Shown piece by piece: positions 18,638 through 28,082 of a DNA stretch of 64,000 nt (within the stretch, counting starts at the first letter, position 1; each line of letters starts with the position of its first letter). Source of the stretch: Pseudooceanicola sp. (GTDB lineage: Bacteria > Pseudomonadota > Alphaproteobacteria > Rhodobacterales > Rhodobacteraceae); NCBI GenBank assembly GCA_002709085.1, contig PAPR01000078.1, positions 2,301-66,300 of the forward strand, read 5' to 3'. The position numbers and the translations under genes were made by a program. A model generated the notes under the pieces. It did no database searches. It saw nothing but the letters and a program-made list of their open reading frames with translations, and was not told the DNA's origin.

Positions 18638-19174
18638 ATGGCTGACCTGACTCTCGCCAGCGCCAATGTCGGCGCAACCCAGAAAATGCCGATGCCGGCG
18701 GAACCCTCACGTACGATCCTTGCCCTCGACCTCGGTACGACAACCGGCTGGGCTATCCGCGGCTTTGACGGCCTGATCACCAGCGGCACCGCCAGCGTTA
18801 AACCCGGCCGCTACGACGGTGGCGGCATGCGCTACCTGCGCTTCACCAACTGGCTGTCCGAGATCGACCGCCTGTCCGGTCCGATAGAGGCGATCTACTT
18901 CGAAGAGGTCCGTCGGCACGCAGGCACTGACGCAGCCCACGTTTATGGGGGCCTCATGGCGACGCTGGAGACCTGGGCCGAGCTGAGAGGCGTGCCTTAC
19001 CAGGGAGTGCCGGTTGGAACAATCAAGCGCCACGCAACCGGCAAAGGTAACGCGCCCAAACAGGCCATGATCGATGCCGCCCGCAAGCGCGGCTTCAGTC
19101 CCACAGATGACAACGAGGCGGACGCCATTGCCATCTTGCTCTGGGCGATCGAAACGCAGGGAGGGTTGGTCTGA
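18638..19174 (+). CDS. RuvC-like Holliday junction resolvase
   Basis: ILALDLGTTTGW, FEEV, ATGKGNAPK, DNEADA; AAGGAG RBS. Confidence 0.85.
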   Translation: MADLTLASANVGATQKMPMPAEPSRTILALDLGTTTGWAIRGFDGLITSGTASVKPGRYDGGGMRYLRFTNWLSEIDRLSGPIEAIYFEEVRRHAGTDAAHVYGGLMATLETWAELRGVPYQGVPVGTIKRHATGKGNAPKQAMIDAARKRGFSPTDDNEADAIAILLWAIETQGGLV

Positions 19175-19383
19175 TGGGCATGCGGTTCACTCCCAAGGGT
19201 TACGGCGGCAATCGCCGTGACCCTGAACAGGTCAAGCGCGATGGCTGGCATGAGCAGCATATGCTCGCGGTCTCGCTCGACGATCACCGACTGACTTGGC
19301 CGGAACGGGAACTGGTTCGTCAGCTGGGCGAAAAACTCTATGGCAAGCTGCCAGCCGTGAGGGAGGTGCGCCATGGCCGATGA
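19174..19383 (+). CDS. Small phage protein
   Basis: Coupled between neighbours; GYGGNRRDPEQVKRDGW. Confidence 0.7.
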   Translation: MGMRFTPKGYGGNRRDPEQVKRDGWHEQHMLAVSLDDHRLTWPERELVRQLGEKLYGKLPAVREVRHGR

Positions 19384-19798
19384 ATGGACACGGGCAATGG
19401 TAGCCGACCGGCTGGACCTCGCGGCAGACGTCATGCGGTCCATGCCGCCTGTTCGACCGCAGGGCTATGTCAGCGCTTGGCCGAAATACGTCTCGACTTT
19501 TGGCGATCAGGTCGAGCAAGAGCCGCGGATGAAAAAGCCTCTGCCATCGCCGCGGATGATCACGCAGGCCGATGAGGCGATGCTCTGGCTCCGGTGGGTG
19601 GACAAGGACATCGGCCAGATCCTCTGGGCGCGCGCTAACCGCGACGCCTGGAAGAAAATCAGCTGGCACCATGGCATCAGCCGGTCTGCTGCCAACCGGC
19701 GGTACGAGTATGGGCTGGCCGTGATCGTCTGGAGGCTCAACGGCCGGACCGTGCCACGCAAGCGATCCATGGAGTTCGTGATTGAGCAGACGGTGTGA
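19373..19798 (+). CDS. Putative late-gene regulator (DUF6362-like, C-terminal HTH)
   Basis: WLRWV...LWARA...WKKISWHHGISRSAANRR; last gene of the replication operon. Confidence 0.7.
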   Translation: MADEWTRAMVADRLDLAADVMRSMPPVRPQGYVSAWPKYVSTFGDQVEQEPRMKKPLPSPRMITQADEAMLWLRWVDKDIGQILWARANRDAWKKISWHHGISRSAANRRYEYGLAVIVWRLNGRTVPRKRSMEFVIEQTV

Positions 19799-19890
19799 TG
19801 CTGGGCGCTGTGCTGGCCTGGCGCGGCGCCCGACCTTGCATCCTTCGCCCAAAAACCGTATATACCGATGTATTCACGAGGGGGCCTGTC

Positions 19891-20115
19891 ATGTTCGAAA
19901 CCCGCATCCGCAAAGTCGGCAACTCTGCCGTGGTTACGCTGTCGGCTGAGATGCTGGCGGCCCTTGATGCCCGCGAAGGGGACACGGTCTACTTGGTGCG
20001 TGGCGACGATGGCAGCCTGAAGATCACGCTGCAGAACCCTGAGTTGGCCGCAGCTCTCGCTGCAGCGCAAATCGTCATGGACGAAAACCGTGACATGCTG
20101 CAGGCGCTTGCGTGA
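19891..20115 (+). CDS. AbrB/MazE-type antitoxin
   Basis: IRKVGNSAVVTL...EGDTVYL; overlaps doc. Confidence 0.85.
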   Translation: MFETRIRKVGNSAVVTLSAEMLAALDAREGDTVYLVRGDDGSLKITLQNPELAAALAAAQIVMDENRDMLQALA

Positions 20116-20522
20116 GTGAGCCGGTGTGGGTGCCGCTGCAGGCGGTTCTGATCATCCATGATCGCCAAATCGCGCGCCACGGCGGTGCGTCAGGCATGCG
20201 CGACATCCAGCTTCTCGAGGCCGCGATGGAGCGTCCCCGCAACAAGGCGGCCTATGGCGAGCCGAGCCTTGATGAGATTGCCGCGGCTTATGCGTTTGGG
20301 ATTGCGAAGGCGCATGCCTTTGTTGATGGCAACAAGAGGACGGCCTTTGTGACTTCCGCCACGTTTCTGCGCCTGAATGGCTTCGGCTTGCGCCCGGATC
20401 CGCTTGATGGCGTCAGGGCGATGGAAGACTTGGCCTCCGGAGTGATTTCCGAGGAAAGCTTCGCAGCTTGGCTTGGCAGGCTAAAGCTTGCAATTTGCGC
20501 CCGCAAGGAGACGCCGGCATAG
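20112..20522 (+). CDS. doc: Doc (Fic-family) toxin
   Basis: HAFVDGNKRT motif. Confidence 0.9.
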   Translation: MSEPVWVPLQAVLIIHDRQIARHGGASGMRDIQLLEAAMERPRNKAAYGEPSLDEIAAAYAFGIAKAHAFVDGNKRTAFVTSATFLRLNGFGLRPDPLDGVRAMEDLASGVISEESFAAWLGRLKLAICARKETPA

Positions 20523-20545
20523 CGTGGTGATGACGCCGCACTTTC

Positions 20546-20959
20546 TCAGTCTGCGAAAGGATTGAGGATTTCGACACCAACGCCCTGAACATCCGTTCCA
20601 TTTCGGGTTACAAAGATGAGGCCATTGGCTCTTGCGGTGGCTGCAATTAGGGCATCGATGACAGGAAGCGGACGAAGAGCGTTCATCCGTCCCCATTCAT
20701 CGGCAACTTGCGCGTCTACATGCAGAACGCGGTCGCCAAATCCGGAGACAACTTCTTCTAACCACGCTTCCAAAGCTTTTGCTTTTTGTGGGTCGCGACG
20801 CCTTGCAAGTTCGATGCGCCTACGAATTTCACCGAGAACGAGTGCGCTGGTCCAGAGTTCATCCTCGTCCACCTTTGCCCACCACGCGGCTACTGCCGGG
20901 TCGCATCGGTCGCCTTTGCGCAGTTCGGAGATGACGTTGGTGTCGATCAGGTAGCTCAC
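20546..20959 (-). CDS. vapC: VapC PIN-domain toxin
   Basis: YLIDTNVISE...GEI...DALIAATA...VTRN...NPF. Confidence 0.9.
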   Translation of the reverse strand: MSYLIDTNVISELRKGDRCDPAVAAWWAKVDEDELWTSALVLGEIRRRIELARRRDPQKAKALEAWLEEVVSGFGDRVLHVDAQVADEWGRMNALRPLPVIDALIAATARANGLIFVTRNGTDVQGVGVEILNPFAD

Positions 20960-21237
20960 AAATCAATCTCGCGACCGAAATCGTTTGGACGATCAAGCTC
21001 GATACCCTCCAAGGGCGCAGAGGCAAGAAGCGCCTTGAAGCTTTTGGAAGGCGAACGTGTGATTTTTTGGCGCAAGATCGCGCGGGTTGCATCGTGCCGC
21101 GCTGGATCGCCAAGCGCGTTGGCAATCTCTCGCACCAGGCTGGCGTCTTCTTTGCGCACTTGGACCTCGACCCGAACGAAGCCGAGTGCCGCCTGTCGCT
21201 TGCGCCATTGAGTCGTGTTGGACTGACTTACGGTCAT
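20956..21237 (-). CDS. Putative VapB-like antitoxin
   Basis: Small ORF coupled upstream of vapC; palindromic TTTCCGGAAA and near-copy at 21248-21270 (operator-like). Confidence 0.7.
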   Translation of the reverse strand: MTVSQSNTTQWRKRQAALGFVRVEVQVRKEDASLVREIANALGDPARHDATRAILRQKITRSPSKSFKALLASAPLEGIELDRPNDFGREIDL

Positions 21238-21322
21238 GACGTCCTCCTTTCCGGAAATCTTTACCGGAAAATTTTGGTTGGCGCAATCGGGTTGTCGCAA
21301 AACCTGTCAACCCCTTTCGGTC

Positions 21323-22024
21323 CAGCGGGACATTTTTCAGCGGGACATCGGAAGGCGAGACAGAAAAATTTTCCAGGGGTATATAAACGATATACTCGGT
21401 GTCGTGTGCGTGGGAGGCAGGGGCTGTGAATGTCATCATCCGCGACCTCGATCAGACCCGCATTCACTTCGAAGCCGCCGTTGCCCGACTGGGCGAACAG
21501 GCCGCCACCCGCGCGTTTAACCGCGCGCTGAACAGCGAGGGCAACAAGGTCCGCACCCAGGTGCGCCGTGCCCTTCGCCAACAAACGGGCGCGAAGGCTG
21601 GGCTCATCAACCGCGAGACACGCTCGATCCGATCGACGTTCTCAAACCTAACCTACACGATCGAGGCCCGCGGCGACTATCTGGGCCTGTCGCATTTCAG
21701 CCCACGGCAGTTTGCCTATGGTGTCCGGGCTAAGCCCTGGGGTCGTTGGCAACGGTTCGACAGCGCCTTCCTCGTGGGCTCGATGGCCAACAACGCTTTC
21801 GTGCGCGAGGGGAGTGCCCGGCTGCCGATACGGAAAATGTTCGGGCCGGCCATTCCGAAAGAGATGGTGCAGGACGCAACGCGCGACGCATTTGAGGCCG
21901 CGCAGCCCGATGTGCTGGCCGAGGCCACGCGCCAAATTGAGCAGCTTTTGGACGTGTGACGGCCGAGCGGGACAAAAAAGGTGTGTCTTTCCAATGGCAA
22001 CAAGAAAAGAAAACAGCGGGACAT
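21323..22024 (+). repeat. CAGCGGGACAT repeats (candidate late-regulator sites)
   Basis: Exact copies at 21323, 21338 and 22014; degenerate copies near 21354 and 21965. Confidence 0.6.
21426..21959 (+). CDS. Phage tail completion-like protein (minor tail Z-like)
   Basis: GGAGG RBS, GTG start; RAFNRALN...RLPIRKMFGPAIPKEM. Confidence 0.6.
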   Translation: MNVIIRDLDQTRIHFEAAVARLGEQAATRAFNRALNSEGNKVRTQVRRALRQQTGAKAGLINRETRSIRSTFSNLTYTIEARGDYLGLSHFSPRQFAYGVRAKPWGRWQRFDSAFLVGSMANNAFVREGSARLPIRKMFGPAIPKEMVQDATRDAFEAAQPDVLAEATRQIEQLLDV

Positions 22025-22123
22025 TTATTTGTTGGACCGCGAGTCTTGGCCGCGATAAAACCCTTGCAAGGGCCAAATCAGCGTTCTGACAGGCCACGGC
22101 AGAGACAGGCAGGTGACCCCTTG

Positions 22124-22168
22124 GGTTCCTTCCTAGAGAAAGTTCGATGCGGGGCCGCCGCCTCGCAG
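22124..22168 (+). other. Lambda-like cos site (cosQ and cosN)
   Basis: GGTTCCT-21 nt-GGGCCGCCGCCT with TGCG/CGCA inverted flanks; lambda has GGGTCCT...GGGCGGCGACCT (9/12 match). Confidence 0.7.
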
Positions 22169-22429
22169 GATTTGAGCGTTTTTTATTCTTTCAAAAACCC
22201 ATTTCGCTTCGTTTCAGAGAGGGTTGGCCTCAATGAAATCAGGGACTTAGGTCCCGAATTGGCGAAATGGCACCCCCCTAAACCCACTTCGTTTCGTGCA
22301 GTTTGAGGCCTCTCAAAACGCGCCAAACCCCAATAAAACATGGCCTTTCGCCACTTCGCGAAACGAAATGACCCCCTGCGGTTCGTTTCGTTTCAGCGGG
22401 GGGCGTGGCTCGTGCCCGGCAGGTTTTCC

Positions 22430-23743
22430 ATGACAGCAGAACGCAAACTCACCCCGCAGGCCTGGCCCGCGGCGCAGGTCGAGATGTGGCAGGTGGCCGA
22501 TTTGGCACCCTTCGCCAAGAACGCCCGCCAGCACCCGCCGGAGCAGATCGACCAGATCGCAGCGTCGATGGAGAGGTTCGGCTTCACCATCCCGATGCTG
22601 GTGGCTGAGGACGGCACGATCATCGCAGGCCACGGCCGGCTGATGGCGGCTGCGCAGCTGGGGCTGGCCGAGGTGCCGGTGATGGTAGCCCGCGGCTGGT
22701 CCGAAGAAGACCGGCGGCTCTACACGCTGGCCGATAACCGCCTGGCTGAGATTGCCGAATGGGACCCCGAGATGCTGCGCATCGAGATCGGGGAATTGCG
22801 GGAGGACTTCGGGATCGAGGACATGTCGCTGATCGGATTCAGCGCCGAGGACCTGGCGGACATCCTGCCCGATGCGCTGCTCGATGCGACCGGCGGTTTG
22901 ACTGACCCGGACTACGTGCCGGAGGTGCCCGAGGCCCCGATCACACGCCCTGGCGATGTCTGGGTCATGGGCAAGCACCGGCTGCTCTGTGGTGACAGCA
23001 CGGTGGCGACGGATGTGGCCAAGGTCCTCGGCGATGTGAAGGCTGATCTGTGCTTTTGCGATCCACCCTACAACGTGGATTATGCCGGCGGCGTCGCTGC
23101 GGAAAAGGCCGGCAAGGGGCGGCGGATCAAGAACGACGCCTTGGGCGATGGCTTCGGTCAGTTCCTCTACGATGCCTGCGTGCTGATCAACGCGCATACC
23201 GATGGGGCGGTCTATATCTGCATGTCGTCGAGCGAATTGCAGACCCTGCAGTCGGCGTTTAAATCCGCCGGCGGCCATTGGTCGACCTTCATCATTTGGG
23301 CAAAGGACCGGTTCACGCTGGGCCGCGCCGATTACCAGCGGCAATATGAACCGATCCTTTACGGCTGGCCTGAAGGCGTGAAGCGTCACTGGTGTGGCGA
23401 TCGTGACCAGGGCGATGTCTGGAACATCGAGCGGCCCCACAAGAACGATCTGCATCCGACGATGAAGCCGGTGTCCCTGGTCGAACGGGCAATCCGCAAT
23501 TCGAGCCGCAAGGGCGATCTGGTGTTCGATCCCTTCGGTGGCAGCGGCACAACGCTCATCGCCGCCGAAAAGACCGGTCGGCACGCATCCCTGATTGAGC
23601 TTGATCCGAAATACGTCGATGTCATTGTTCGTCGCTGGCAGGAGTTCTCGGGCGAGACTGCAGTGCTGGAAAGCAGTGGGCAGAGTTTTGACGATCTGCA
23701 CTCCGGCGAGACCGTGCAGGTCGACGCCGAAGCCGGGGCCTGA
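22430..23743 (+). CDS. ParB-N domain plus N4/N6 DNA methyltransferase
   Basis: NARQH, IIAGHGR, ADNR; CDPPY, HPTMKP, DPFGGSGTT. Confidence 0.92.
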   Translation: MTAERKLTPQAWPAAQVEMWQVADLAPFAKNARQHPPEQIDQIAASMERFGFTIPMLVAEDGTIIAGHGRLMAAAQLGLAEVPVMVARGWSEEDRRLYTLADNRLAEIAEWDPEMLRIEIGELREDFGIEDMSLIGFSAEDLADILPDALLDATGGLTDPDYVPEVPEAPITRPGDVWVMGKHRLLCGDSTVATDVAKVLGDVKADLCFCDPPYNVDYAGGVAAEKAGKGRRIKNDALGDGFGQFLYDACVLINAHTDGAVYICMSSSELQTLQSAFKSAGGHWSTFIIWAKDRFTLGRADYQRQYEPILYGWPEGVKRHWCGDRDQGDVWNIERPHKNDLHPTMKPVSLVERAIRNSSRKGDLVFDPFGGSGTTLIAAEKTGRHASLIELDPKYVDVIVRRWQEFSGETAVLESSGQSFDDLHSGETVQVDAEAGA

Positions 23744-23840
23744 CGCGGCTACGCCATTGACACTCCATGGGAAAACCGCGCTGATGGGCGTTCACCCAGA
23801 GTAGCTATTTGTGGCGCAAGGGTAGAAGAAACTGAGACGG

Positions 23841-24272
23841 ATGGCGGTCGGCAGCGCGGTGACAACCGTTCTGGCGGTGTTCATTGCCGTGCTCACCCTG
23901 GCGCCGATGCCAGCCGGTGGTCCAGCCGGGTCGGACAAGGTCTACCACGTTCTGGCCTTCGCCTGTCTCGCGTTCCCGCTGCCGCTTGTGCGGCCGCGGC
24001 TTACGCTCTGGGTTATTCTGGGCGTCATCGCTTACGGCGGCATCATCGAGATGATCCAGCCCTTCTTCGGCAGGCAGGCGGAATGGGCTGATTTCGTCGC
24101 CGACGGCGTCGGGGCCATCCTCGGGGCGATCGTTGCGCGTCAGTTGGGGCTTCGGTTTCGCAGGTCCGGTGGGTTGCATGATAAGGATGACCCAATGACC
24201 GCTGCATGGCTCGCCGAGGATGCCGCACTCACCGGCGACGGTTATACGTCACCGCGTTGGAGGTCAAAATAA
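23841..24272 (+). CDS. VanZ-family membrane protein
   Basis: SDKVYHVLAF...IEMIQPFFGRQAEWADFVADGVG. Confidence 0.8.
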   Translation: MAVGSAVTTVLAVFIAVLTLAPMPAGGPAGSDKVYHVLAFACLAFPLPLVRPRLTLWVILGVIAYGGIIEMIQPFFGRQAEWADFVADGVGAILGAIVARQLGLRFRRSGGLHDKDDPMTAAWLAEDAALTGDGYTSPRWRSK

Positions 24273-24311
24273 GGCAGGCCATCGAAGAGTAAGCAGCGGC
24301 TTGTGAATATC

Positions 24312-24512
24312 CTACCCTCGAGACGCCTGTAGTTCTTGGAAGAAGCGTCTGGCATCGACGCCACGTCCCGCGAGGGCTTCCGATAGCCCTTTCGTAATGC
24401 CGACAATGGCCTCTCGGTGGTCGGCATCGGCGTCTGTCGATTGCTCTATCTCTGATGCTGTTTCTGCCTGAGCCTGCTGGCCAAGCAGAGCATCATTGTT
24501 TGATTTGATCAT
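24312..24512 (-). CDS. Small hypothetical protein (antitoxin-like tail)
   Basis: GGGAG RBS; ITKGLSEALAGRGVDARRFFQEL. Confidence 0.35.
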   Translation of the reverse strand: MIKSNNDALLGQQAQAETASEIEQSTDADADHREAIVGITKGLSEALAGRGVDARRFFQELQASRG

Positions 24513-24613
24513 TCTAGACTCCCAGGCAGGTTGTTCGTAACCGTTAGGACTGTCGCGGACATCTGGTTGCTGCACCGCCACTGAACATACCCTGCAAGCC
24601 AATGTTGCGGTGG

Positions 24614-24883
24614 TCAAGACAACCTGTAAACCCGCCCGCGCTGGTCTTCCTTCTCGGATTTGATGGTCAGGCCTAGCTTTTTCTTGAGCGCGCCGGACAT
24701 GGCGCCTCGGCAGGTATGTGAAAGCCAGCCGGTTGCCTCGACCAGTTCTTCAATGGTAGCGCCTTCCGGGCGCGACAGCATGTCGATCATGATCTGCTGT
24801 TTGGTGACACGAGGAGCCTTGGGAAGCGGGGCTTCTTCCTCTGCAAGTGTCTTGGGGTTCGTGGTCTTCGCGGCCTTGGCCAT
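24614..24883 (-). CDS. DUF3489-like winged-helix protein
   Basis: TKQ...MLSRPEGATIEELVEATGWLSHTCRGAMSGALKKKLGL...RVYRL. Confidence 0.88.
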   Translation of the reverse strand: MAKAAKTTNPKTLAEEEAPLPKAPRVTKQQIMIDMLSRPEGATIEELVEATGWLSHTCRGAMSGALKKKLGLTIKSEKEDQRGRVYRLS

Positions 24884-24975
24884 GGTGGTCTCCGGCAGTT
24901 TGGCGTGACAGCATGCGACGCCTTCTACTGCCGAAAGCCCGCCACGCGGGCGGGCTGATCAGGGCCTGCGCGGGT

Positions 24976-25377
24976 TCAGTTCTGCTCTTCCAGTGCAGCG
25001 GACACCGTGAAATGCTGAACCCAGCCTGTGAGGTAAGGCAGCCCAGCGGGAATTCCGTCGCTGCGCTCTGTCGCGCGGGTAATGCGCCAGTCCTGCCATT
25101 TGGCGATGGCGGCAGCGATTGCGGCTTCGCAATCCGGCGCACCGCACTGCAGCGCGCCCACCACCTCGTCCGCGAAATGCCGACCCGAGCGGCTATCAAG
25201 GAAATCGCGAATGCCGATCATCTCCTCCTCGGAGGTGGCATGGACGGCTTGGGCGATCAGCCGGCTGGCCAGGATCCAGACCTCGCTCGTGCGCCTGTCG
25301 CGCTCCGGGCAGGTGGTCAAGGTTCCGAAGAACCCGTTATCTGTGTTGCGGCTGGGGAGAATGGCTGCGTTGGTCAC
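24976..25377 (-). CDS. Phage hypothetical protein
   Basis: NGFFGT...IRDFLDSRSGRHFAD...GLPYLTGWV; start uncertain. Confidence 0.65.
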   Translation of the reverse strand: MTNAAILPSRNTDNGFFGTLTTCPERDRRTSEVWILASRLIAQAVHATSEEEMIGIRDFLDSRSGRHFADEVVGALQCGAPDCEAAIAAAIAKWQDWRITRATERSDGIPAGLPYLTGWVQHFTVSAALEEQN

Positions 25378-25479
25378 TGCGGGCTCCGTGGGCTGAGTTG
25401 CGTCTCGTTCTGTGAGGTCAGAGTCGCTCGGTCGCGTCGGAAAGTGTAGCAAAATCAGTGTTCTATTATTGCTATTGGA

Positions 25480-25764
25480 TCATTCGGCGCGGTCTGTAAA
25501 ATCGACCCAGCCGCTATCCTGCCATATGTAGAGATGCGAAAGCTCGCAGGTCGGGCGCGGCAGGATGCGGGGCGCACGGGGCGGGTCAAAACAGTCCAAT
25601 TCGTCTGCCCGAACCTGTCGGATTTCCTGCGCGGCGAGGATATCCTCGAGCGTCCAAGGCGCCAGCGCGGGCAGCATGTGGGCGGGGTAGCCGTCGAAAT
25701 GCGTATAAACATGCGCCCATTCCTCGGGCCCGGTCTGGATAGCGATCTGTGCGCGGGTGCTCAT
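25480..25764 (-). CDS. Phage hypothetical protein
   Basis: MSTRAQIAI...YTHFDGYP with GAGG RBS. Confidence 0.7.
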   Translation of the reverse strand: MSTRAQIAIQTGPEEWAHVYTHFDGYPAHMLPALAPWTLEDILAAQEIRQVRADELDCFDPPRAPRILPRPTCELSHLYIWQDSGWVDFTDRAE

Positions 25765-25775
25765 GGTCAGCGACC

Positions 25776-25959
25776 TCAGTTCTGATGGTCGATCATGGCC
25801 AGAATGGCGATGGCCATGCCGCCGAGGTATTCGCTGCGGCGAAAGACAATCTCGTCGGTGTGGTTGGCATCCGTGATGGCCGGATCGACCGTCAGGTCGG
25901 CAGCCATATGCGGCAGGATTTTTGGCGGCGGCTTCGTTGTAACGTTCGGCGATGGTCAT
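25776..25959 (-). pseudogene. Small gene with a probable +1 frameshift in an A5 run
   Basis: 184 nt from ATG to TGA; removing one base at 25919-25923 gives MTIAERYNEAAAKILPHMAADL...EYLGGMAIAILAMIDHQN*. Confidence 0.55.
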
Positions 25960-26061
25960 GTGCGAGGTCCTTGGGTGCGTCGTTTGCGTCAAGGAATCTT
26001 CGCTCTGAAGGCCTAGTATATCCACTATAATCGTAGAAATTACATGGCTTTAGAGGGGCGC

Positions 26062-26274
26062 ATGGCGCAATCAAAACGCGGGTCGCTGATCGAGGCAGTG
26101 ACCAACACGGTGGTGGGTTATTGGCTGGCGGTTGCTACGCAGTTCGCTGTCTTTCCGGTGTTTGGCCTGCGCGTCGGCGTAGTCGAGAACCTCGGTCTTG
26201 GGCTGATCTTTACGGCCGTGTCGCTCGCCCGTGGATATGTCCTTCGCCGGCTCTTCAATCGCTGGAGGCTCTGA
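26062..26274 (+). CDS. Small two-TM phage membrane protein
   Basis: MAQSKRGSLIEAVTN...SLARGYVLRRLF. Confidence 0.75.
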   Translation: MAQSKRGSLIEAVTNTVVGYWLAVATQFAVFPVFGLRVGVVENLGLGLIFTAVSLARGYVLRRLFNRWRL

Positions 26275-26322
26275 CAAGGTACCTAGGGCAGATACATCAT
26301 CGAAGTGTTGCAAAAATGTAAC

Positions 26323-26395
26323 GGGGGGGGGGGGGAGGGGAACTTCTTCGATCTGGCGCGTTGGAAATATTGGGCTGATTGGGCTGATTGGGCTA
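26323..26395 (+). repeat. G13 homopolymer and three tandem ATTGGGCT(G/A) repeats
   Basis: G run at 26323-26335; 9-mers at 26369, 26378 and 26387. Confidence 0.9.
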
Positions 26396-26463
26396 ACAGG
26401 CCTACAATCAATCTGAAACCCTTCTGCTATCTTTGATTGGGGCCGCCCTTGGTTCACAACGCC

Positions 26464-27537
26464 ATGTTGCATTTCGAATGGCACGAGTTTGTTTTGGCAG
26501 CACTTGCGTTTGTGATTTGTGCTGCGGTTGTTTTGCTGCGCTATCGGTTCCCGCGGCTCAGCGGGCGCAGGGACGATTTGCGGGCGGTGCAATCCATGCA
26601 CACGCGGCTCACCCCACGTGTTGGGGGCGTTGCGATTTTCGGTGCACTGGGGCTGAGCGTGATCTTTGCCCCAGTTTCAATCTCTGGGCCCTATGCCAAT
26701 TTCGTTCTTGCGACCTCGCTTCTCTTTGTCGTGGGGCTGGCCGAGGACCTTGGTTTCCATATGTCGCCACGCAGGCGCATGCTGGCTGCCATGGGCGCGA
26801 GCTTGCTGGCGATCTGGCTCTTGGGCGTTTGGCTTCCACGCGCTGGCATCCCTGGGCTAGACCTGTTGGTCGCGCACTGGGTGGTCGGCGTTCCGCTGAC
26901 CCTTCTGGTAACGGCAGGGATCGCAAACGGCTTCAACCTGATCGACGGGGTGAATGGCCTCGCGTCTATGACGGCTATTGCTGCGGCCATAGCCCTGAGC
27001 CAAATCGCGGAGCTGGCAGGATACGCCACGATGGTCCACCTGGCGATGATGGTTGCCGCAGGGATATTCGGGTTCTTCCTCCTGAACTATCCCTTTGGAC
27101 TGATTTTCCTCGGAGATGCTGGGGCATACACCATCGGCTTTGTACTGAGTTGGTTCGGAATAGCGGTTCTGCTCAATGCGCCTGATGTCTCGCCCTGGGC
27201 CATTTTGCTGACAATGTATTGGCCCGTAGCTGATACATTGCTGGCGATCTATCGGAGGTCTGGCAGGAACAGGGACGTTTCGGCCCCTGATCGTTTGCAT
27301 GTGCATCAAATGGTGATGCGGGCATTGGAAATCTGCATCCTCGGCCGAAACCGCCGTCGGATTGCAAACCCGCTCACGACACTGGTCTTGTTGCCCTTCG
27401 TCATCGCACCGCCAATCGCGGGTGTGCTGCTGTGGAACCAAAATCAGAATGCGTTTCTGGCCGTTGTGATCTTCGGGGTGCTGTTCTTTGCGAGTTATGC
27501 GGCAGCGCCCGGTCTGATCCGCCGGTTTCGCCGATAA
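26464..27537 (+). CDS. MraY/WecA-family polyprenyl-phosphate sugar-1-phosphate transferase (WecA-like)
   Basis: TPRVGG, NGFNLIDGVNGL, FLGDAGAY, PDRLHVH; many TM helices. Confidence 0.9.
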   Translation: MLHFEWHEFVLAALAFVICAAVVLLRYRFPRLSGRRDDLRAVQSMHTRLTPRVGGVAIFGALGLSVIFAPVSISGPYANFVLATSLLFVVGLAEDLGFHMSPRRRMLAAMGASLLAIWLLGVWLPRAGIPGLDLLVAHWVVGVPLTLLVTAGIANGFNLIDGVNGLASMTAIAAAIALSQIAELAGYATMVHLAMMVAAGIFGFFLLNYPFGLIFLGDAGAYTIGFVLSWFGIAVLLNAPDVSPWAILLTMYWPVADTLLAIYRRSGRNRDVSAPDRLHVHQMVMRALEICILGRNRRRIANPLTTLVLLPFVIAPPIAGVLLWNQNQNAFLAVVIFGVLFFASYAAAPGLIRRFRR

Positions 27538-27584
27538 TAACGGGAAGATCGACTGTCCTCCCGTATTGAACAGGAGGCAGCTTG

Positions 27585-28082
27585 ATGTCTGAACCTCGCA
27601 CGCGCGGCCAGACCATCACTGTATCCCAAGCCGCGGCCCTGCTCGGGCGCTCGGACCGCTGGGTCCAAGGGCTGGTCAAATCCGGCTACATGGATCGGGC
27701 GCAGCGCGGCGAATACACGCTCGTGGGCGTCATCCGCGGGGCGCTGGCCTATTACGAGGATCAACTCGCAAAGAACAACAAGGCCGCGGTCGCAAGCCGG
27801 GCCACGGAAGCGCGCACGCGCGAGATTGAACTCAGGATCCAGGAACGCAGCCGGGAACTGATCCCGATGGAGGATGCAAAGGCCGTGGTGGGGGAGATGG
27901 CGGCGCTGGTGCGGGCGGAACTTGCCGGTCTCGCGGCGCGCTACACGCGCGATATGGAGGCGCGGCGCGCGCTCGAAGAGGTGATCGATGGCGCGCTTGA
28001 ACGTATTACAGTGGCGGCCGATAAAGCAGGCTCAGCTCTGGTCGCTGGCAGCGGCGATCTGGAGGCCGAGCGAGAAACGTGA
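27585..28082 (+). CDS. Terminase small subunit (Nu1-like)
   Basis: N-terminal HTH (QAAALLGRSDRWVQGL) and coiled coil; overlaps terL; AGGAGG RBS. Confidence 0.75.
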   Translation: MSEPRTRGQTITVSQAAALLGRSDRWVQGLVKSGYMDRAQRGEYTLVGVIRGALAYYEDQLAKNNKAAVASRATEARTREIELRIQERSRELIPMEDAKAVVGEMAALVRAELAGLAARYTRDMEARRALEEVIDGALERITVAADKAGSALVAGSGDLEAERET

